This document shows positions 12,559 through 24,104 of a stretch of 64,000 nt of DNA, piece by piece; the first letter of the stretch is position 1; each line of letters opens with the position of its first letter. A program made the position numbers and the translations under genes. This stretch comes from Catajapyx aquilonaris (taxonomy: Eukaryota). The stretch is taken from positions 1 through 64,000 of the forward strand of contig KZ538348.1 in NCBI GenBank assembly GCA_000934665.2, written 5' to 3'. The notes below the pieces were generated by a model. It was given only the letters and a program-made list of their open reading frames with translations, was not told where the DNA came from and did not search any database.

Positions 12559-13286
12559 AGTGAAAATTTTAAAAGTCAAATCCTTCACTCCAGATGAACG
12601 TCCTGCAGCACCGTGCACTTTAAAGATTGTCTTGACTCTGGTCACGAGTTAGTACAATGAGGCAAGAGCACTTTCATACCTTACGACCTTATCTGCTTGC
12701 GTAGCCAATCAGATCTGATAACGGATCTATGCGTTATTATGCCGCATTCTCCTCGTGGATTTCGTACCCATCTCTGTAGTGTCTAGTCTTTGCTTATCAC
12801 TGGGGTCACACAGCAGGGGCCTCAAAATATTGGCTTACTGAATTTACATGACGTTATCATCTGTTTTAATCTGGATGGTAGCGATATGTGGTCTGATGAT
12901 ATACCCGAAGATTTGACAATATCAAATAGGAGTCATCGCCCCCTATTGCAAGAAATAAATATCAGTTGGCCAACTAATTCAAGGAGGATATTGTATAAGT
13001 AGGCTTATATTAATTTAGATAAAACTTTAGGGTATTTTCTGCACAACAGTTATAATGAGCAAAATTCGCTTGCTATAGTGTAATAATATTTAATGAAACA
13101 TACCACAACTTCTTGTGAACAGTTTCATGTCGCAGATGAAAGGTTATTTGCATGTAAGTAAGCATATTTTTTGCCACACACAATCATGCATTGAATTATT
13201 TAGTTCATAACAAGAAGTTAGTATTAACGTCTTGCAGTGCCAATTTTTGGCCCATGGGCTACCTCCAGCACTGACCCCTATAATTC

Positions 13287-13407
13287 TAAATTTTGCAGTT
13301 ATAAACGGATTGTTTTAGAATACAAAAGAAGTGGTGGTATGCCATGGTATGGCATACCACCACTTCTTTTGTATTCTAAAACAATCTGTTTATAACTGCA
13401 AAATTTA
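13287..13407. repeat. Near-perfect 120-bp palindrome (fold-back)
   Basis: Arms of ~59 bp (aaattttgcagttataaac...gaagtggtggtatgcca / tggcataccaccacttc...gtttataactgcaaaattt) with one mismatch and a tiny loop. Confidence 0.9.
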
Positions 13408-13698
13408 ACAATTATTGTTCAAAAATTTTCTTGACATTGCTTTATTTTTTTTAAGTAATTTTTTAAGGGCCTGTTATTCTCCAGCAGAGAACTGAGAGAA
13501 CTGACTTGACCATCAACAAGAACGAGTCAAAACAAAGAGTTCTTAGTAGTTCTTAGGCCTAATGGATTCCTCGTGAACAAGAGTTATTCGGGTCGTTCCG
13601 TGCATTTTAGGTTTTCATATGGGAAATGGCGTTACATGTCACACAATGTGCATATTCAGTCAGCTGTCTTGCATTTTTCTTGGTTAGTGACGCATATA

Positions 13699-13924
13699 CA
13701 GGGTGTTCCAAGTTCTTGGGTCGTCTGTTATAACTAATATAGGCCGAAGTAATTATTTTTGTGTAGCTTGTTGTGCCCCGATCCAGGGTGCTCCTATAGC
13801 CACGGCTACATTTGACCACCTGATAACACTGAGGCACATGGATCGGGGCACAACAAGCTACACAAAAATGACTACTTTGGGCGATTTAGTTATAACAAAC
13901 GACCCACGAACTTGGAACACCCTG
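13699..13924. mobile_element. Tc1/mariner-type hairpin MITE (CAGGGTGTTCCAAG TIR)
   Basis: TA TSD and long inverted arms; partial relatives at ~23190-23281 and ~60036-60604. Confidence 0.85.
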
Positions 13925-13996
13925 TATACCTCTGTATACTGTAGTATACAAGGTAGTGTATATTAGTCTAGAAATGGGAGCAAACTAATGCCCTTA

Positions 13997-14152
13997 GGGC
14001 TGATTTCTCGAACAGTGCAGTGGTTCAAATGATTGTAAACCCGGTTCAAAGCCGGTTTAAACCCTTGACAACAGCCTAACAACAATCAAATCAGGGATTG
14101 AACTGGCTTTGAACCCGGTTTACATTTGAACCACTGTTCGAGAAAACGGCCC
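13997..14152. mobile_element. PIF/Harbinger-type MITE
   Basis: TTA TSD; gggctgatttctcgaacagt / actgttcgagaaaacggccc TIR and internal inverted arms. Confidence 0.75.
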
Positions 14153-14405
14153 TTAGTTGTAACGGCATCCCCGTAGTAACATGTTACGAGGGCATAAAAA
14201 TAATAACAAACATGGTGTCGTGATTAAAATATAGCCACACATGCAATATTCTTATTACCTTTCAGCAGTAGGTCTACAGTATACCACCTTGTGATCCGGG
14301 TGAAGGTCAACAAAAGCCAATCAATGTTGTTACCTTAGATGACACTGAAAAACACAAGCGACATCATTTCACAGGCAGTTAGTTACTGATATATTAGAGT
14401 GCAAG

Positions 14406-17400
14406 ATGAACAGTTTACACTCGGCTAATTTTTGGATAATGGGCCCAATTTGCGTGGCGATAGTGTTAGCTGGAGTAGGTGGAATTACACAAACGCAGTT
14501 GGAAGAAGATGGGAATTTCTTAGAATTCTTTGCTGCATTTTGCAAATTTTATGTAGTGAATGATATCCAAATAATATGGCTCAATCCAATGTGTAAGTAT
14601 AACAATAATAGTGCGTCGCATTATATCTTTCAGTAGCCTATAATTAAAAGAGTCACGACGTTTCTATTATTCAGATAATGAGTCACACATATTCAATCCC
14701 ATGGACGTAATTCAAGATTGGATTCATCAGTCTTCAACTAGACGTGTGCAGATTTTACCTGCTATATCTAATCGTTACGTGAACAACATATTCAACCCAT
14801 ATGGGCTCTCTTTTGTATACGTAGACAATGACACAGTGATTGAGAATTTGTGGAAACAGGTACGAAAATATTATCTTATAAATGTTTTAAAGACATATGA
14901 GTCATAGTGGGAAAAAAAATAATATATGCCTTACGTTTTAAATGAATCCTTCATCTTAAAGGGCAATACCGAAGGAGCTTTTCTTGAAGGACGTAATTGG
15001 CTGCTGTTTATTAAGAAGTCGGCCCAAGGAAAAGTGCAAGATATTTTGCCATATTTGTGGATATTTACTAACAGTAACGTCATGTTAGCCCAGGAAGAAG
15101 ACAATGGTGATATTTTGGTAAATAATTGCGTAATTATTTTATTGTCAAATGCAAAGTTGCACCGTATTATTCAACATTTTATTAATTTATAGATTTTAGA
15201 AGCTTATAAAGTTAATAGGGTGGCACCTGTTCGACAAAACAAAATAGGAATGTGGGAAAAAGAAGGAAGAAATTTAACTATGGACAAGTTGGTGTCTGTC
15301 TGGGAGAGACGGCGAGACTTTGGGAATCATTCCATTAATGTCGTCATTGCAGTGAGTAATCATTTCTTGCAACGTATTACAGACTTACTATGATATTTAC
15401 AGTAATTGTTTTGATGACCTTTTTATAATTCCAAATGGACTAAAATATAAGTAGTGTCCTGCTAGATCCTCTAGGTACTGTACCTTGTAGGACTAGAAAT
15501 GAACAGAATATCAATTTATTCCTTATTTATTATTGCACGCATGATAATTTTATAATACCCTTAAGTGGATTAGAGCCCACTTGGGCCACTGAATCTTCTC
15601 TCTCTTAGTAAGTGACAGCGGTCAAATAATAGTTTTGAGAAACATTAATCTGCATGATTCTGTTGTTTTGGGAGCCATACATCTGCAGTATGTAATTCCA
15701 CCCCATATATCCTCCTGAGACCCGAGAAGAATTGAGTAACGCAATATCAGTTCCTATTGCATTTTCTGAACATTTTCCCAATAAGAAACGAGAAAAAAAT
15801 TTTAGTTTTAAAATATCGACAAAAATGGCGACAAACAACCAATGAGAACATTAGGACCCAATTGGTGCTACAAAAGCAGAACGGATGAAAGCTGAAAATT
15901 GAAATACCACTTAATGGATCACTCACATAGTGCTCTATCCTCCAAACAATGTTTTCAAAATTTATTTGTGGTATTCGTGGTAGCAATTCCTCTCAGAAGA
16001 CAATTAAAGATAAATGAAATTATTTTTTAACGCCACCACTCCAGGGATGGGGCTTGCTCCTTCCCTTCTTACCCGCTAAAGTGGTACCTTGCTATTCTAG
16101 ATTTTAAAACTGAAGTGCACAGTGAAAAGCCCACTTCCTTATGGGTGTATAGGTACAGGCACGCAAAGAAAAGTCACACCCATTCAGCTAAAAATGCCAT
16201 TTTTCGGATGTCCATTTAAATGGACATTTGGTCTCAGGAAGAAAAGAAAATTACCAGTTCTCTACAGCAACAAAGATTGTCACAGAATCATCTTTTAGCA
16301 GTTCCTAAGACACATTCCTTGCGAATCTCAGGACATTCACTGCATTGCGAAAATCGCATTCTAAATATGAGTAAAAAAATAAAACTGATCAGATGAGCGC
16401 CTAGCTTCAGCAGCGGAATCCGCCATTTTGTCCGTGATTTAATTTTCGCGGCCCAAGCCAGATATTTGACGCTAGGTGGCTACAGCTATTGAGGCCAGAT
16501 TGTAATCATGGGATTCCACCAGATTACAGTTTTGTTGGCATCACTAGTTGGCGCCAAAAAAACTTTTCCAGATGTCCATTTAAATGGACATTTGGTCTCA
16601 GGAGGATATAAAATATTGTATTATAATCCAAACCTACCGGTATATAATAAAGCAACGCATAAAACAATAATTATTGTTAAAAATAATTGTTTATTTAGCT
16701 ACTTTTCATTTTCCAACTCTAAGTCAGGTCAGGTGTCACTTTGGGTATTTTGAATTAGCATTACTCTTGTTGTAAACAAAATAATCCCACTTGGTATTAC
16801 TTGGTCCACACTGAATGTCCATTCAATGCATAGGCATATGCGATACCGTAATATTACGAAAGCCGGGTTGAACCAGTTTAAGCTACCACCATAACATACC
16901 CGGGCAACGCCGGCTAACCTGCTAGTAAGCAATAAATAACTTACATTAAATTCTAGGCAGATAATAAACCTCGATTATATTGGCATATTATGAAAAAAGA
17001 CCCATGTGCACATTGCACCAAGGTCATGTTTTTTATTGCGAGTTGTCTGGCCTAAACGACCCAATGTGCAAATGTGAATTTTTCGGTACGACCAACGGAT
17101 AATGCAACCAAGCCTAAATTAGTAATGCAGCATAATCTCATCGGTATCTGATTTGTTGCCCGCATATTTTAATACTTAGATTATGAGTACGAAACGTCTG
17201 ACTCAAGCGACATCTCCAGTGGACTATAAGGGCATTTCACTGCAAAGTATGAGTTGAGACAGCATGATTTTTGCATGTTGGTACCTGGTTTTGCTTTATC
17301 CAAGGAACTGGTTGTGGGCACATAGTATATTAGTCTACCATTATAATTGCATGTATCAACGCTACTATTTGTCATTGTTGACGACAGCAAAAGTGCAAAA

Positions 17401-20400
17401 TGATAGCTCCCATGCCGAGCGACCACCTGTGACAGAAAATTGACTGTCGTTTCCCCAGGGGTCATTTATGGCAGGTGTGTTAGCTAAAGCTCGTCACGCA
17501 CTGCGTACCTTATAGTCCTTAGACAATGTCTAGGCTGCGTACCCAGGAATTTGGCCCCCTCTACCCCCTCGGGGTGGAAGGTGGTATTCCGCAACCACAA
17601 CGCTTTTGCTGCTTCTCGAGGGTTCCCGATCCTGGCGCCAAGATAAGATACAGATTGTCCAATAACTTTCCTTCACCTGCGGCGCACATGACGGACAGTA
17701 TAATGGTGCAGATATAAACCCACAATAGGGGCCCAGCTCTCTACGCTCGAATCCAGCTAAAGTCATGGGGAAATGCTTTACGTTTAGCATTTTTACACTG
17801 GCTGAAAGAATCATAGCGTGACTGGTGATCAGATATGTAGGATATTGAGGGGAAAGGTTGGATTAGCGTGAAATACATTATTTTATCTTTCTCGCCTGTA
17901 AATTTGAGCAACTTTCAGGACTTGGACACTTTTCCTTCTTGCCAACTGAATTGTGTAACCTGACCTAAGACATGATTATTTAATTTTACTGTTTTTCACT
18001 CTGTAAGGTATGTTAAGATGACCTCGTCTAGGGTCCTTCAAATAATGTGTAGATTTATTAATCGATGTTTAGCAATGTGGCTCGTTGAATTTTTTTTTTC
18101 CAGGACGCATACGCAAACAGAAATGCAACGTCAGATGATGATATATTTACTAGCGAATTTGACAAAGCGGTGATTAAAAATTTGGCCTGGACACTTAATT
18201 TTACGTAAGTTGCAGACGACAGTAATAATGCAATTAAAAGAGCTGTTGACAATATCGAAGTTTCTTCATACAGGGCTAATATCAGCATCAGTAATGAGAA
18301 GTCAGAATTCGATATGGCGATTGATTTAATGAAAAACAACACTATTGATGACATTATAGTAGCCACTGCTCTGTCATACTCATCAAGAAGAATGGAAGTC
18401 ATGGATTTTACTATTCCTCTCATGTTCAACAGGTAGGTTATTTCCTATGCTGGCATTTTTGTAGCCCCCTCAATGTCAAAAGACATGAAGATAACGTACA
18501 TTGTCGTTGTCATTTTTGCATATAAAACTTTGATTGTTGGGGTTTCAGAGATTTTAAGGGTTTTTAAATAGTAAATAGAAGATTGTAAAAGAACCTCACG
18601 GTGTATAATATTATACTCCCTAATATTATTGATATACGGTGTTCTACTTGTGACTCATGTAACTCGAGTGGTGTGTTTGTTAATTTTCTCATCGCATGGG
18701 CGTCAAATATCTGTTAGCACTTAACAAAGTGGTGTCTAATGAAGGTCCTTTTAAGAATTTATTTAGGCCGTGTTGCATCAGGGGGCGCAATTTGGTTCTT
18801 TGTCACCCGGGGCAAACTAAGATTCTGCTCCCCCCCCCCNCCCCCCACCCACACAGACTTGTCTTCACTAAGGCGTGGGGACGTGACGTGGAAACTGAAC
18901 TTTTCGTAGCGAGTGTAAACTAACCTAACCTAACCTAACCTTAACATAACCTAACCTACCCTAACTAACCTAGGCTGAGAGAAATGGACTTTTGCATAAC
19001 CCTGCAAAACGAAATACATGTCCCCACTGTAACGGTGATATTCTCGTGGGTCAAGCTGTGGGGACCGAAAATGTCCCCACAATTGGGTCAACGTCCCCAG
19101 AGTTACAGTAACACACCTGTTTCCGTCCCCAGACCTTATTGAAGACAAGACCATATAATATACCCACACACACCCGGGGAATTCAAAGTTTTCAATGAAT
19201 AATTCGATTAATTCCGTACTTCATTTTTAACATTGAAGTCTAAAGGATGATTTTAAGGGCATATTTCCTTCAATGCAACATTTATTTAAATTGTAGTTCA
19301 AAGTATTAATCTTACTTTTAATTTTTCCGATTTTGGTACGATATCAAATGTAATTTATTTTACACACCTTACTATTTTAATTCCGATCAAATAAATACCG
19401 AAGAGAACCATCAGTCTCAACACCACAGCTTATAGTCATTTTGAAGGTATTTCAAGCGTATTCTCACAAATTTCTGTCATAACCAGGGGAGCTAGGAAAA
19501 AATTTAAAATAACAAAACATTCTAAACATGAACAGAGGAGCTTGCCAGCAAATCCAGATAAATCCACTCCGGGTCGAAAATAATCTGGATACGCTGGAGA
19601 CATGCTCCACCCAATGCCTTTCTATTGACATGAAGTTGCAAGTGAAACCAGACATTTACACCGAATGCGAGCCGTGGGAAAATTGCCCTTTCAAGCAGAC
19701 TCGGATATATCCGAAAGTGGTTTCCAAGCAAAAGCATAATATAAATCAAGTGCACATAAAGCTAATGCCATCATTTTAATGCAAAATCAGTCCATTTTTG
19801 GCGGTGCCATGCCTCAACAATCACCATACCTATGTATGGTGATTGTTGAGGTGGGCATTGTTAAAAGATGGATATATATACAACCGTTTCTGCAATCATA
19901 ATGGCAACCCCGATAGCATACTGCACATCTAGTTTCCAAGCAAAAGCGGATAAGTCTTAATTCACATAAATAGCTTATTTGTATGCAAAATCAGATGTAT
20001 CCATTTTTAACAATGCCCTACCTCCACAATCACCATACATTGAAGTAAAACAATTGTGTATACATAATGGCAACTCCTATAGCATGCTGCACATGACAAC
20101 TTCACTCTCACTTTTGCCACCAGCATTGATGAATCACTTATTGGCTCCTCCTGAAAAATTGCAAACTGTGGATTTATCTGGATTTGCTGACAAGCTCTAT
20201 TTTTATACATCATTGCAACACTCTGAGTCCAAACACACTACACTCTTCTTTTGTATTATTTTAGTGATTAATTGTGACAGAGGACATTGTGTAGATATTA
20301 TGAAAATATTGTAATTTTTGGAACCTATCACATTCACAGATATAATAATATTACGTCTTGTTTGACGCCAAATCACTTTATGCCTCTACCAAAGGTGACA

Positions 20401-21901
20401 AATGATAATATTTTAATATTTGGGACATGTGTTAAGTGTTCTAACCTGTAAGAAAAAACCCGTCTCTTACAGTCTTCTCGTTTAGTGAAAAATTATTATT
20501 TCTCGGAAGCGGTGCCGGAAGCGGGGCCGTGAGCCCCCTGACCCACGGCTCCCGGGGCACGCCCCCCCCCCCCCCCCCTCCGCCCCGCCACGTCCATGTG
20601 GGCTCNTGGTTGCATCAACGATGTTAGACCCCGAACAAGCAATTAATCCTATGATATGAATTACATAGGATCAACCCTCAACCACTTGTCAGTTGTCATG
20701 CGGGTTTACCTCGTTTATGCATACAGAGGTCCCGGGTTCAATCCCCACCCGGGGGGTTCCAGAGTTGGGCCATCTCTGGCTTCGTTTCGGGTGGCAATTT
20801 CCGATAGGCTAAGCCACCCGGGGGAGTTCACAAAATGACCACTACTCGCCCGCGCACACGCACTTTGCACATCCCCTCCTAACTACCTTGGAGTATACTA
20901 ATAAGATTATTCTTAACTCGCTCCCAAAAAAAACCCCAATGGTGGTAATCCGCCCCCCATATATATAAATAGATATGGGGCAATGAAAAAAAAACATTAT
21001 ACAGTAGGCCTACATATCGAATAATTTTTTTCTGTCCAGAGTTCTTTTCTACGTAGCGTCTACATCAGAAAGTTCATGGGAAGACTTCATATACGTTTTT
21101 GAGTGGGACACATGGATCACATTAGCAGCAATGGTGCCCGCTCTTGCATTAGCATTCCATGGCACTGTTGTGCTTTATAATAGTACTACAAACGGCAGTG
21201 AGTCATGGAATCTTCAGGAGGAAATGTGGGCATTCTTTGGTGCATTTTGTCAACAAGGTACAGCAATAATTTTTACTGTTTCTAATGCACTAATCACCAG
21301 GATAATACAGTATACTGAACCCCCCCCCCCCCNATCAAAGACAAAGGAGGCACATACCTCAAAAACAGAAAACTACTCAAACATGGAGTTGGTAGGAAAT
21401 GTCTTTTTTGAGTGCTTATGGCTACTTCCCCATATTGAGTATAACAGTATACCGGTATACCGGTCCAGTAGGGAGACGGAGTGGCGCTGCGGTAACGCGT
21501 ATGCGCCCACGGATGTTAAGGTCCCGGGTTCGATCCCAACCCGGGGACACCCCCTTCATCTCGTGCAGAGTTCGGGGTCATCTCTGGCTTCGGCTCGGGT
21601 GGTATTTCCAATAGACTAAACCACCCGGGGAGTTCACAAAATGACCACAGCTACGACATTGCACTGCACCTTGCACATCCCCTCCTGTCACCCTGCCCGT
21701 GGGCCCGGGCTTTCATTAAATAGGCACCATGTACAGTACTTAACAACTTTAAAAAATACAATAAAGGTCCATGCTATATACCCCGGAAAGGGGTGAAAGC
21801 ATTACCCACAAATTATTATCATTATTATTGTTGTTGTTGTTATTGTCGTTGTTGTCGTTGTTGTTGTTGTTATTATTATTCTTATTATTCTTATTCTTCT
21901 T

Positions 21902-21988
<87 letters not shown>

Positions 21989-22336
21989 CCGGTCCAGTAT
22001 TGTGCCACTCATTTTGAGCTATTCTGAAATAACTCAAATATTGTAAGTTTCATAACATCCTGTTCATCAGTTAGAATTTTGGTTATGAGACCAAAGGTGT
22101 CAATATATTATTGCTCTCCTCCGAGTAAAAGTGCCGTTTGACTTTTTGTTCACTGGAACCAAAAAATAATGAGTAATCCATAACTCTTTTGTCAAGGCCA
22201 GTGGGATTAGCTGTACTTTGTTTTTACCCGACATTGGACTAATATTTTATCACATAACTTAATTATGTGACTTCTGTGTATGCAGTCAATGAGGTTTTAA
22301 AATTCTGCAATGAGGCCCTAAAAACTTGGCATTAAT

Positions 22337-22429
<93 letters not shown>

Positions 22430-24039
22430 TGTTGTTGTTGTTGTTGTTGTTGGTGTTGTTGTTGTTGTTGTTCGTTTTGTTGACGTTAGGCCTACTTAAT
22501 AATTATTCTATTTTACAGGTTCTGAAGTCAAGCCGGTTAGGCATTCGGGACGCATTATATTTTGGGTGGGATACTTCATGTTCCTTATTACATATGCATG
22601 CTACGGTTCTGTCTTGATATCGTCCTTGACCGTTCAGGGAAAACTCTCGCCGATGGACAATGTTACCAAAGTTCTTCACTCTAAAGATTGGACTCTGAAA
22701 ATGTATGAGTGGATTGCAGGAGTTTTATTAACAGTGAGTATTTTGTCTCCTTTTTGGTGATTTCATAAAGTATGGAAATAAGTCATGATTGCCCTGGGTT
22801 CAAAGGCAAGCCATTGGCGCTAAGTCTAATTACCACAAAATTTGCGAGTGTCTGTCTATAGAAGTAAAGCTCTGCGAGTCTATACGTCTTTGCTTGCTTC
22901 GCCATATCTCATGGGGCCACCAATATAATTATGTCACGTATCCGCCTGCACCTCTCCTTCTCTGTTAAAACATGTAACAGAGAAGGAGAGGTGCAGGCGG
23001 TTAAAACGAATGAAGAAGGACATTTTGACTTCTAAGGCCTTATCTGTAGTAAACCCCTAACAACTTGTTGACCAAAACATCTATTCGGTCTACTACACAA
23101 GTGTTACAAAAAATTCTCTATTAGATTTGGTCGTGACAAATTAATCCTATATGTGGTCGCATGTAGGAGTTGCTATATGTAATATGGCACCTGGATCGGG
23201 GCGCAACAAGCTAGAAAGTAACAGCTTCGGGCAAAATGTCCTATAACTAAAATGACCCAATATTACTTGGAACACCCTATGTATATAAAAGTTGTAGGAC
23301 CTATCCGCATAGCGTGCTAGCATGCCATGCGTGCGAATGGTGCGATATGTAGCCTATACTATATGTGAGGCAGGTTATCATACTTATATTTCCCTTCGAA
23401 TCCTCACAATTCATGAGAGCCAAGTAAGACACAGATCCCTATTTAGCGCATCGCATAAAGTCAGCAGTACAATGATTGTCCCATTCCNCATTCCCCCCCC
23501 CCCCCCCCTTTTTACGTTACCCCGTGATAAGCCCCGGGAACCACATACTGCAGCACTTCTGAGCCCAAACACACTACTAATACATTATACGATGTACCGG
23601 TATTTGCCGGGAAGTATAATATTTAAGCTCTTCTGATATTCATCACAATAATATATTTTTCTGGTTAGAAACTTTTGAGTATATTCGTACCTTTGTTACA
23701 TAGTAATACAGTACTATAATTACAAAAAAATGTCTCTTTCATATAGGGTGCAGAACCAGGCAGTATGTATCACACCGTGCACCAGAAGGTTTTGCAACAG
23801 AAAGGGTTTATTCAACTTGATGATAGCTTGGACTTTTTGACGGAAAATCGTCATATGCTGCTTGGTAGTGAGACCGATGTACTGTGGTACTTTGCGAGTC
23901 GCCCCAGCATGGCTTGCCTTGTCACAATGTTAGATGAACTGTTTTATGGGGACAATCTTGGATTTATTCTTCAGAAACATTCACCATATACGAAGATAAT
24001 AAATTACTTGTAAGTATCAATGTGAGTTGCTTATATTAC

Positions 24040-24104
<65 letters not shown>

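Noticed and set aside
18921..18970. True telomere or chromosome fusion site
   Set aside because: The tract is short, degenerate, in one orientation and enclosed in a TIR element inside an intron.
21749..22046. ORFs with poly-N/K/L/Y/I runs (also 10535-10792, 22429-22617, 32712-32894)
   Set aside because: Translations of trinucleotide microsatellites in SINE tails and introns.
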